Shown here one piece after another: positions 1 to 11,420 of a DNA stretch of 45,555 nt (the first letter of the stretch is position 1; each line of letters starts with the position of its first letter). Under the pieces are notes generated by a model, which was not told the origin of the DNA, did no database searches, and worked only from the letters and a program-made list of their open reading frames with translations. Source of the DNA: Rhizaria sp. SCN 62-66 (taxonomy: Eukaryota); the NCBI GenBank assembly GCA_001724265.1, contig MEDY01000300.1, positions 1 to 45,555 on the forward strand, given 5' to 3'. The position numbers and the translations under genes are program-made.

Positions 1-65
1 GCCGCGCCCGCGCCCGTGACGGCGCCGCTGCCGCCGCCGGCGCTGGCGCTAGGCGCGGCTGAAGC

Positions 66-96
<31 letters not shown>

Positions 97-1582
97 GCGG
101 CGGAGGACGAGGCGGGGGAACGGGGCCCGCGCCCGCCCGCGGCCGCCGCGGCGTGTCCGTGCCCATGGACGTGTCCGTGGCCGTGGTGGCCATGCGACAG
201 CGCGTGAGCGTGCGAGTGCGAGCGCACTGCAGCGGGCAGCGAGAGCGACGACGCGCCCGCGCCCGGGCTCGTGCTGGGGTCCGGCCAGCCCAGTCCGTGC
301 CCGTGCCCGTGCCCGTGCCCGTGGCGGCCGAACGCGACGCCATCGACGCCGTTGTCCTCGTCATCACTGTGCGTCAGCCCGTCGCTCATCCCCACGACAC
401 CGCCGACGCTAACGCCGACGCCGACGCTGACGAGGGAAGAGACGCCCGCGGCGCGGCCCGCAGCGGCCGCGGCGCCGTTGCCGCCGCCGCGCTTGCCGCC
501 AGCTCCAGCGGCCGCAGCCGTGCCCGCCAGTCCGCCCGGCTGGCCGTAGCCGCCGTGGCCGTGGCCGTGGCCGTGGCCGTGGCCGTGGCCGTGGCCGTGG
601 CCGTGGCCGTGGCCGTGGCCGTAGCCGAGGCCGAGGCCGTGGTCGAGCGCGAGCCCGTGCCCGTGCCCGAGACCGTGAGCGTCATGCGTACCCCCATGCG
701 TTCCCAGCGCCGCGAGCCCCGAGTGGCTGTGCGCGTGGACCAGCGGGTGCGCCGCCAACGGGTGCGCAGCGCTGGCGCTGGCGCTGGCGCTGGCAGACTT
801 GGCGCCCTTGCCGGTGGGCCGCGCCGCGCCGCCGGCCTTGCCGCCGCCGCCGCCACTAGCGCCGGTGCCAGAGAACGAGGCAGCGCCGACGGGTGCGCCC
901 GCGACCGCGCTGGCGCCAACGCTGCTGCTGGAGCTAGACTTGGCGGCGGCGGCGGAGCTGGACTTGGTGAGCTTGCTGGCTTTTATGGCGGCGCCGCCCG
1001 CGGCCGCCGCGGCGCCCGTCTGTTTGCCTGCGCCGGCCTTGGCCGCCGCGGCGGGCTTGGCGCTGCCGGACCCGCCGGATGCCGAGGGCGCCAGCGCGGG
1101 CGAGTCGCTGTCGATCATGCCGACGACGCCGCCGCCCAGCAGCGGCACTGTCAATCCGCCACCACCAGCGGCGGCGGCGGCGGAGGGCTTGGGCGTGGCC
1201 TTGCCGGCGGGGGGCTTCTTGCCCTTGTCGCCCGCGCCGCCGCCGCTGCCGGCCTTGCTCTTGGCGGGGGTCGCGGCGCCGCCGCTAGCCGAGCTAGCGC
1301 CAGCGCCGGAGCCGGCGCCAGCGGCAGAGGCAGTAGCGACGGCGCCGTCCTTGGCAGCAGCGCCCTGTTTCGCACCGGAGCCCGCGCCAGCGCCAGCACC
1401 AGCGCCAGCGGCGGCGCTAGAGGGAGTGCTCGTGCCCGTAGCTGGCGGGGCGCCAGACGCAGCGGCCGCCGCAGCAGCAGCAGCGGCAGCGGCAGCAGCG
1501 GCGGTGGTGCCGCCGGCGGAGCCCCCGGTCTTGGCGGCGGCCTTGGACTTCTTGACGAGCTTCTTGCTCGCGCCGGCGACCT

Positions 1583-1613
<31 letters not shown>

Positions 1614-4600
1614 CTCCTCGTCGGCCTGCGCGCGGAGCGCGCTCTGCGCCTGCTGCTGCTGCTGCGCGGCGGCGGCCGACACGGCGAGCACGAGCCACGA
1701 CTGCAGCTGCTCGTGCGCCGAGTGGGCCGAGAGCGCGTGCGAGTGCGCCCAGAAGGACGCGCGCGCCAGGTCGCCCGCGGATGCCGTCGACGTTGCGGCT
1801 GACAGCGCCACCGCGCTCGCGCTGCAGCCACGCCGCGTCACTGTCGCTGTGGCTGCGGGCTGGGGGGGGAGGGGCACGACGGCGGCGCGGACCGAGGCCG
1901 CCGCCGAGGCCGCAGCGACGGCGGCGGCGGCGGGCGCGGCGGCGGGCGGCGTCGCGTCGATGCGCGTGAGCGTGGGCTGCCAGCGGCACGGCCGCGTCAG
2001 CACGCGGACAGTGCGGGCGTGCGCGCGCGCGGGCGACAGTAGCCGCAGCACGGCGCGCGCGGCGGCGGGCGGCCGGCCGTCGCGCCGCGCCGCCTGCGCC
2101 TGTGTCTGCAGCAGCGCCAGCAGGCGGGCGCGCGCGGCCGCGGTGGACACGGCGGCGGGCGCGCGCGCAACGGCAGCGACAGCCGTCGTCGCGGTGTTCG
2201 GGGCAGCAGCGGCGGCAGCAGGGCTCTCACACAGCGAGGCAAGGAGGCTTGCGCTGGCCGCTGCCGCCGCCGCTGCCGCTGTGTTGTTGTTGTTGGCGGC
2301 GGCGGCAGCGGCGTTGGCGGCGCGAGCGCGCTTGACGCGAGGCGCCGTCCCAGCAGCAGAGGCGGCGGCGGCGGCGGCATCTGACTCGTCTGCGACCAGC
2401 GACGCGACCGCGGTCGGCGCAAGCGCTGAGCCAGAGCCGGCGGCAGAGCCAGCGGCAGAGCGAGTGGGGGATGATGCGCGCGACAAGCTCGTGGTGCTAG
2501 AGCCGTTGGCAGTAGTCGCAGCGGCAGCAGCAGCGGCGCCGCGCTTGCGGGTGACGCCCCCGCGCACCGCGGCAGCCGCAGTCGCGGTGGAGCTAGAGCT
2601 AGAGCTAGAGCTAGAGGTATGAGAGCTGTGCGCGTGCGCGTTGGTGAGGCTGATGGGCTCCAGCTTCACGACAGGCTCAGGCTCACTCTCAGACCCAGAG
2701 CCAGACCCAGAGCCAGAGCCAGACCCAGAGCCAGAGCCAGACCCAGAGCCAGACTCCATGCCCCTCGCCCGCCCGCTGCCAATCCTCCCGGCTGACCGGC
2801 GAGTCCGCTGCACCGCAAGGGCGCTCAGCGCAGGGGAGCTGAGCGCGGGAGCGGGCACGGCCCCGGCGGCGCGCAGCCGCTGCGCGATGACCGCGACGGG
2901 CACGGCGGGCAGCAGCGAGTCGGCAAGGGACGCCGACCACGGCCGCAGCCGCAGCGCCGCCCAGGCCGCGCGCGACAGGGCGCGGCTCTCGGCCTCAGCC
3001 GCGGCGGCGGCGGCCGCGGCCACGGCGGCGCCGACGTCACCATGAGCACTCGCGTCCGAGCTGCTGGCGCGTGAGTGCGATTGAAAGTGCGGGTGCGAGT
3101 CTAAGGGCAGGGCGTCGCCGCGGCCGCAGACGGCGGCGGGACGCGCGGCGGCCGCTGCGAGCGCGTGTTCGATCGCGCTCTGGTAACCTTCGTCGTAGCT
3201 GCCCACGGAGCCGCTCGCCGCAGCCCTCGCGGTCGCGGTCAGAGGAGCCGTACCGGCAGAGGCGGCAGAGGCAGCGAAGGCGGCGCAGTCGGTCGGCTCG
3301 ATCTTGACCTTGACAGCATCGTCGCCATCATTCATCGCAGAAACAGCAGAGGCGCTCTCGCCGGCGACCGATGCCTGAGTGCCGCTGCCGCGGCCGCGGC
3401 CACCGGCGCCGGCGCCGGCGGCCAGCGCGGGGCAGCAGGCGTGGGCGGAGCGCGTGGCGGGCAACATCGCCAGCAGCCGCGGCAACGCCACCCGCGCCTC
3501 CAGCCCCCCGCAACCAGCCTTCTTGTCGCCGCCGCTGCCGTTGTCGCTACTCTGGACGGCGGGTCCCGGCGCGAAGGGAGGGAACGGCAGCGCCAGCAGG
3601 TCGTTGCGGGAGCCAGCGCCCGCAGCCGCCGCGGCCTCCGCCGCCGCGCGCGCCTGCACCTCCTCCTCGTCCTCATCGTCGTCCTCGTCCTCGTCGTCGC
3701 CGTCGCCGTCGCCGCCGCCACCGCCGTCACCGCGGCCGCCGCGGCCGCCGCGGGGGATGGAGCCGCGGAGAGAGCCGCTGACGCCGCCGGGGCCGTCGAG
3801 TTCGAGCCCCGAGCGGCGCGGGCGGCGGCGGCGCGGCCCGGCGCCGTAGGCCACGCGGCACTCGCGCAGCAGAGCCGCCACAGCCGACGCCACCGTGTCA
3901 GCCCCCTCGCCGTCGCCAAGGTTGTTGTTGTTGTTGTTGTTGCGTTCTGCCTGCTGTTTGGACAGCGCGGCCGCGCCGGGGGGCTGCGCGGCGATGGCGG
4001 CGAGCGCGCGGCCAATCGCGGCGATGTTGGCGCAGCGGGCGCCGCAGCAGAGCGGGCCCAGCCGCCGCGCCGCCGCCGCGGTCCACCGAGCGTGTGCGGC
4101 ACTGACCCTGGCGCTGGCGTGAGCGCTGGTTTCACTTGATGTAGTTGGGATGGAGTCGGGCTCGGGCTTGGCGGCGCCGTCCTCTGTCTTGACTACAGCT
4201 GCACTCGCACTAGAGCTAGAGCTGGAGCTGGAGTTAGCGTGAGAGGTAGCGGTCGTGTTCGGGTTATCAGACGCCTCGTCGGTCGCGAGCGCGAGTGCGA
4301 GCGCGTGTGCTAGCCGCACGCGCGCGGGCGGCAGCAGCGAGGGCAGCGTCTGCAGCTGCGAGGCCGTGGCGGCGCCGTCGCCCCACGCGCTCGCGGCCAG
4401 CAAAGATGACAGCGCGCCGCGCCCGCGCCCGCTGCGGCGACTGCGGCCGCCAAGGCCGTAGCCGTGAGAGTCGCTGTGGCGCGTGTGGCTGTGGCCAGAG
4501 AGGGGGCAGTCGCGGGCGTGTGCCCGCCGGCCCCGCTTGCCCTCGGGCTCTCCTGCACTCGCCCTCACATTTGCACTTGGACTCGCACTGGCAGCCGCGC

Positions 4601-6585
4601 TCGCTGGCCCAGAGAAGGCGGCCGCAGCGCGGGCCCAGACCCGCGGTGAACCGTTAGCCAGCCCCCAGGCCGTGGCGCCGAAACCCAGCCCGTCGCACTC
4701 GCTGCCGCTGCCGCTGTCGCTGTCGGTCGAGCTCTCGGTGAGGCTGGGGTCGTCCCGAGAACCGCAGTCGCACGCGCTGCGCCCGCCAGCCTCAGCCTTC
4801 GCCTCAGCCTCCGCGTCAGCGTCGGCGCCGCACTCCGAGCTCGAGCTGCAGCTGTCACTGACGCTCTCACTTTCACTCTCGCAGCCGCTACCGCCGCTGT
4901 CGCTCTCATTGCTCCGGTTGAGACCGTCGTGAGTCCCATTGCGAGCGTGGCGGCGACTGCTGCTGCTGCTGCTTCGTTTGCGGCACTTGTCCCCCGGCGC
5001 GGCCGCACTCATGGCCCTGCGCTGCGCGCGGCGCTCCCCCGCCGACAACTCCAGCAGCCGCGCGTGGCGCGCCGCGAGCGCGGCGGGCAGCGGGGCGAGC
5101 TGCGCGGGCGGCAGCGCCTGCGCGCGCATGTTGCGCAGCACGCCCAGCACGAAGGCGTTGTGCAGGTGCAGGTTGCGCGCGCCGAGGCACTCGAGCACGG
5201 CGGCGTCCAGCTCGAGCTTGGAAGAGCGCGAGCAGAGAAAGGCGTCGACGGCGCGCCAGTAATGCCGCAGCCGCGCCTGGCCCGTGCCCGCCGCGGGCGG
5301 CTGCGCGAGCGCGGTCACGGCCTGCGACAGCGCAGAAACCGACAGGGGCGTGCTCAGCTCGGGGGCCGAGGCGGCGGCGCGGGCCGCGGTGCGCAGAGAC
5401 GCGATGCTGCGGCGGCGGCGGCGGCGGCGGCGGCTGCGGCTGTGATCAATCTTAGCATCGTCGCGGCTGTCATCCTCGTCGTCGTCGTCGTCGTCGCTGC
5501 TTGCGGTGGCGGACTCCGAGCCGCTGTCGCCGTCGCCGTCGCTGCGGAGAGTGCTGAAGTCGCTGTCGCTATTGCCGTCCTCGCTACTGGTTTCGTCGTC
5601 GTCGTTGGCACTTGCGCTGCCATCGCCGTCGTCGCGCATCTCCGCCCCTACACACTCCGTCGCGCAGTCCGTCGCGCAGTCCGTGGCGCACTGCGCGGCG
5701 CACGGGAAAACGACGCCTGCCATTGCGCGCTGAAAGTGCGGCAGCGGCGCGTGCGCAGCCTGGTATGCGGCCGCGGCGGCCGCGGCGGCGGCCGCGGCCG
5801 GCCCGCCCGGGACCGGCGCGGGGGCAGCCGCTGCGGGCGCCAGCGGGCCGTAGCCCAGCCCCAGACCGTGGCTGCCGAGGCTGCCGTAGTGGCCGTGGCT
5901 GTACGCACTGTGACCGTGGCCGTGGCCGTGGCCGTGCGAGGAGGCGTGGGAGAGCACGGCGCCTGACGTGGCGGCGCGGCCCAGGGCGGAGGGCGTCAGC
6001 AGACTGGCCGGCTGGCCGCTACCGTGGCCGCTGTGGCCGCCGCCGTGGCCGCTGTGACTCCCGGGGCCGCTGCCGCCGCTGTTGCCGCCGTTGCTGTGGG
6101 CGCGCGGAGTGCCGGCCGCGGTCGGCGAGGGCGCGGCGCCGGTGGGGCAGGCGGACACGTCAGTGCTCGCCGTGTTGAGGACCGACACGCCGGCCCACAG
6201 CCCGCCCCCAGGCGCCGCTGCGGCCCCACTCGCGGACCCAGAGCCGGAGCCGGAGCCAGAGCCGGAGCCGGGGGCGGGCGTAGTACGGAGGCGGGCGAGG
6301 GGACGCGCGGAGAGACGGGACTGATTGCTATCGTCGCCGTCGCCAGCGCCCGCGTCGCCGTTGCTGTTTTTGTCACCGTCATCGCTGCCGCTGCCGCCGT
6401 CGTTATTGTAGTCGTCGCCGCCAGAGCGCGGCTGAGCGCCGCTGTGCTGCTCCTCGGCGACCGACGCCAACGCACGCGCGCGGGCCGCCGCCGCGCTCGC
6501 GCTCGCACTCGCGCTCGCACTCGCGCTGGAGCTAGAGCTAGAGCTGCTGTCGCCTGCGCGGTGGGCGTTGGCGCCGCGACGCATA

Positions 6586-6618
<33 letters not shown>

Positions 6619-7059
6619 CCGGTGCTCGTCGCAGCAGCAGTCTTGCGACTCCTACCTGCGCCAGCTGCAGCCGCAGTGGCGGCGGCGGGCTTGACCTTCT
6701 TGGCCTTGGCCTCCGCCACCGCCTCTGCCGCTGCCGCTGCTGCGGCCGCCTTAGCCTGCGCCCGCACCCGCGCCTTGGCCTCGGCCCTGCGCCCGCGCCG
6801 CCGCGCCCTGGCCTCGAGCGCGGCGGCGAGCGCGGCGTCGGCGTTGCGCCTGCGCTCCGCGGCGAGCGCGTACCTGAGCAGCCCGCGCTGCGCCTCGGCG
6901 GTGCGCACGGGCAGGTGCAGCACGTGCGGGGACGCCAGCGCCGCGTCGAGCTCCTGCCGCAGCTGCCAGATGTCCACGCGGCCGGGGAACGCCGCAGCAG
7001 CAGCAGCAGCGCCAGAGCCAGAGCCAGCGCTAGAACCAGAGCCAGTGCCCGCGGCTGCA

Positions 7060-7090
<31 letters not shown>

Positions 7091-9337
7091 AGGCCGCCGG
7101 GGCGGCGGCGTGTGCGGCGGCGACGTCCATGGTCCAGGGGATGTGTGCGGCGGCGACGCCCGCGTAGAGCGGATTGCTGTGGCTGCCGAGCCGGCCCGAG
7201 CCCAGCGCGCCGACCAACGACAACGACGGCGGCGGCGGCGGAGGCCTTGGCGCTGGCTGCGGTCGCGGCGGTGGAGGCGGAAGAGGCGGTGTCTGCGGGA
7301 CTTGCGCTCGAGCTCGAGCTAAAGCCAGAACCTGAGCTTGCATGAGCGTTCGCGGGTGCGGCGGCCGAGGCTGTGGCCCCGGTCGGGCTGCTCGTTCCGC
7401 TGGCCGCCGCTCCAGCTCCAGCTGCGGCAGTCGGAGATGGAGTTGCTGCTGCTGTTGCTGCTGCCGCCGAGTCCGAGCCGCCAGCTGCGGCAGCTGCAGC
7501 GGCGGCGGCGGCGGCGGCAGCGCTGGCGGCCGCGGCCGCCTCTGGGTGAACCGCGCGGCCGCGGCCGAGTGGGCGTACGCCAGCACGGCCGCCGCGGTCG
7601 CGACCGGCGAGTCGTCGCCGGTCGCATCGGCCGTCGCAGCGGCGGGGGCGGCGGCTGAGGCCGCGGCCGTCGACCGGCCGTAGCCCGCGGCGCCGCTGCT
7701 GTTCGCGGCCGCGGCCGCTGCTGTGCTGTAGTAGTACGCAGACGCGTCGGCCGGCGCAGAGGCGGCGGCGGCGGATGTGGCGGCGGGCGCGGCAGAGTAG
7801 TAGCCAGCGCCCGCGCCCGCGCTCGCGCCAGCAGCGCCGGCGGGGGCGGGGCCGCTGGCCGCCGCCGTCGTCGCCGTCGTCGCCGCCGCCGTCCCGTAGT
7901 AGCCCGAGGCCGCGGCGGGCTGCGCTGTGGCGCCGACCCCAGCAGCAGCCGCAGCCGCGACCGTACCGGGAGTGCCAGAGCCAGTGCCAGCGCCAGCGGC
8001 CGCGGCGGCGGCGGCGGCGGCGGTGGCGGCGTAGTAGTACTGGTTGTACGCGGCGGCGTAGGCGGCGGCCGCCGACTGCGCCTGCGCCTGCTGCGCCTGG
8101 CTCTGGCTCTGGCTTTGCGCCTGAGGCTGAGGCTAGGGCTGCGCTTGTTGCTGCTGATACGCCTGCTGCTGCTGCTGCTGCAGTTGCTGCTGATACTGCT
8201 GGTACTGCTGCTGCTGCAGCAGCTGCTGCTGGTACTGCTGCTGCTGGTACTGCAGCAACTGCTGCTGCTGCAGTTGTTGTTCGTCGGTCAAAGCCTGGCT
8301 GTGACCCTGGCTCGGTGTCTGCGCCTGCGCCTGCATGGGGTAGCTGCTCGCGTAGCCACCAGCCGCCGCGGTCGCAGCGGCAGCGGCTGTACTCGTGGTC
8401 TGTGCCGCCGCAGCGCTATAGTCAGCCGCGTAGGCCGCACCCGCACTCGCAGGCGCGGCTGCATCCCCTGAGGCCGAGGCCGCGGCCGGCAGTGGCCCCT
8501 CAGCGCTCTGGCCAGTCGCCGGCAGACTCTGAGGCGCGCCGGCGGCCCCGGCGGCCCCGGCGGCCCCGGCGGCAGCCGCGGGCGCGGACGCTGCGGGGGA
8601 TAGAAATGGTGCTGGCGTAGGCGCGGGCGCGGGCGTGGTCATCAGCGGCGGCAGCGGGACACCGCGCAGCGTGAGCTCGCCGCGGGCCTCTGCGATCTGC
8701 CCGTTGAGCCGCTTCGCCGCCTCCTTCTTGAGCAGATAGCGCGACAGCGCGCGCCCGTCAGGCCCCATCGCCGGCAGCGTGAGCATCACGCGCTGCAGCG
8801 CCGACAGGTACGGCGCCGTCGCGGGCGCCAGAGAGGCCAGCGTGCGCAGGGTCTCGAGTGGCAGGGTGGCCGCGGCGGGCAGAAACACCTGCGACTGCGG
8901 CTGGAAAGACTGGAAAGACTGCGAAGACTGTGAAGACTGTGACTGTTGTAGTAGCTGCTGCTGCTGTTGTTGTGTTTCGGTAGGGGGCAGGGCTTGGGGC
9001 GGCGCTGCAGCCACGGCAGGGTCAGCGCCGGTGCCAGCGGCGTCAGGGGCCGCAGTTGCAGCGGCAGGGTCAGAGTACTGAGCTGGTGGCTGCGGCTGGG
9101 ATTGGGCTGCGGCAGCGGCATAGGCTTGCTGGGCTTGCATGTAGGCCTGCGTCTGCGCCGCCTGAGCCTGGGCCTGGGCCTGGGCCATAGCTAGCACGTC
9201 AGAGTCAGGGCCAGCACCAGCAGAACTGCTATCTGTCGCCGTGGCTGCTGCTGAAGCCGTGGGTGCGACGGGCTGTGTAGGCGCGGGCGCGGGCGCCGGG
9301 GCCGGAGCCGGAGCCGGGGCTGGGACGACTGAGGCCA

Positions 9338-9374
<37 letters not shown>

Positions 9375-10427
9375 GACGGCCGCCGCGTACGTCATCGGCC
9401 CCGAGTGCTGCAGATAGAGCACGCGCCCGTCGGTCGTTGTCAGCGGCAGCGCAATCACGTAGTTCAGCGCAGCCGCGGCGGCGGCCGCAGTCGCGGCGGC
9501 GGCGGCGTCGGCGGCAGCAGAGGCGTCAGTGGCGGCGGGGGCGGCGGCGCTCGCGGGGGCGGCGGGGGCGGGGGCTGAGACGGCGACGGCGACAGGCGTG
9601 CCGATGGTGCCAGTAATAATCACCGCGGGCGCCGTCGCCGTCGCGGGCTGCATCGTGTACTGCACCACGGTCCCGGGCGCGGGCGGCGTCGTCACCGCGG
9701 CCGCGGCCGCCGCAGAGGCAGCGGTGGCAGCGGCAGCAGCGGCAGCGGCGGAGGCGGAGGCAGAGGTGGGGGCGGAGGAGGTAGTGTAGTAGCTGTCGGG
9801 CGCTGCCGCAGAGGCTGAATCTGTCATCGCCGTCGTTTGAGACGCTGCTGAGGCAGCAGCAGCGGTGCCAGAGTAGGCCTCAGGGCCGGGGGCAGGGGCA
9901 TAGGCGGAGGCGGAGGAGGCGTCTGTGGTTGCGCTGGCACTGTAGTTGCCGTAGTACGCCGCCGCCGCCGCCGCTGCCGCTGCGTCAGCCGCAGGCGAAG
10001 CCGCGTTCGCAGCCGCGGGGTAGTGGTATGCTGACGCTGCAGCGCTGCCTGCGGCCACGGCTGCCTCTGTTGCCGTCGAGGTCGCGGTCGCGGGGTAAGA
10101 GGGCGCCGAGGCCGCCGCTGCCAGCGAGGGCGCGTCAGGCGGCGAGGCGGCGCCCGGAGCGCTCGCGCTGGCGGCGCTAGAGCTAGTGTGATAACCAGCA
10201 GCAGCCGCGGAGGCTTCGGCTTCGGCGTCGGCGTCGGCGTCGGCAGCAGCAGCAGGCGGGTCCGAGTAATCAGTCGCTGGGGCAGACGCTGATGCGACAA
10301 CTGACGCGGAGTCCGTCGGCATGGCCGTCGATGACGCGTGCTGAGACGGCAACGACGGCGACTGCAACTGCGACTGCACTGGCGCTGGCGCTGGCTGCGA
10401 CTGAGATTGTGGCTGTGAAGGGTCCAT
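1..10427 (-). CDS. Giant (>3470 aa, 3'-truncated) low-complexity protein with a SAGA complex Ada1/Tada1-like N-terminal motif; contains one in-frame TAG at 8133-8135
   Basis: ATG at 10427. The 764-aa ORF ends at TAG in the context QAQP*PQPQAQSQ. The same frame continues: I read 8132-7320 by hand with no stop, and the ORF track shows no stop-terminated ORF in this frame down to position 1. Motifs RVDIWQLRQELDAAL (6936-6980) and QARLRHYWRAVDAFLCSRSSKLELDAAVLECLGARNLHLHNAFVLGVLRNMR (5124-5279) resemble the SAGA-Tad1 N-terminus. No AT-rich intron is visible. Confidence 0.7.
552..617. repeat. (GCCGTG)x11 hexamer microsatellite encoding a His-Gly repeat on the minus strand
   Basis: Perfect tandem GCCGTG units; reads CAC GGC (HG)n in the frame of the giant ORF. 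Confidence 0.9.
2690..2754. repeat. CCAGAC/CCAGAG hexamer tandem repeat encoding a Gly-Ser repeat on the minus strand
   Basis: Direct inspection: agacccagagccagacccagagccagagcc... Confidence 0.8.
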
Positions 10428-11420
10428 GATGGTACGAGGCGGGCGAGCGCCCGGGGTGGAGCGCGGGCTGCTGGCGAGCAGAGCAGAGCGGGAGCAAGGC
10501 CAGGCAGAGAGCGGAGCGGCGAGCGGAGGGGGGGAGCCCTGCCAGAGTCGGTCTGTGCCGGCGCAAGTGGAGCCAACGCGCGCAGCGAAGCTGAGAGGGG
10601 TCGGGAGGAAAGCTGTTGTTACGAGACGAAAAAAAGTTCAGAGATAAAACAATCAAAGTCGGCGTTAAAAGGCAGCGCAAAGTAGAATAATAAAGTGTTC
10701 GTTTGTGTTAAGATGTGTGTTTGGAGGCGTATAAGAGCTGCGTCGGCATTCCTGGCGCTCGAGAGCAATGTGGTGGAGGGAGAAATGCGAACGCGGAGCA
10801 AAGTATTTCACACGAAGACTATCGTCAATAGCGTCCACGTTTAAACGTGTGCATGAAAACTCTCGGATTGCATACTATACTAAGTTTCTATCCACTAAAT
10901 CACATGCCAGCGGGCGCACGGGCCGCCGTTTGTTGGCGTGACAAAGCGGCTTGGATGATATCCGTGTCCCCGACATCTGCTTCATGATTTTCGCCGATAT
11001 TCACAAGCACGTATAACATAATTTTCAGATACAACATGTTAACCGCAATTTGATTGCGAATACATCAAAAAGAAACCTGTCGACAAAGATCGTATGTCGA
11101 TACAAAGTCACAAATGAAGGGGTCCTCCAAACTACAGTGCCGGTCACTTGCTCGACAGTCCCCGCTTCCACTGGACACTGTCATGCACACGTGACAAACC
11201 ACAGCATTTGAAGCCATATGTGCTCTCATCCAAGTCGAATCGCAATCATTTTTTTAATTCGAATATTATCACGTGTTTTGTATTAATTGATAGACACTAA
11301 ATTGCTATGAAAGATAAAATACCCCTACTCCACTCCGCATCACAACACTAAACAATCACATCAAACCAGCCCTCACTATTCTCTCCTGCGTGGAGTCGAT
11401 TTGAGGCCGCAGCTGGGCGC

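Noticed and set aside
552-2754. Tandem repeats as a CRISPR array or telomeric repeat
   Set aside because: They are simple in-frame coding microsatellites without spacers, in a eukaryotic gene context.
153-7322. Long plus-strand ORFs (153-1802, 799-2622, 3165-4139, 4929-5966, 6024-7322)
   Set aside because: Antisense shadows of the GC-rich minus-strand giant ORF; no recognisable motifs.
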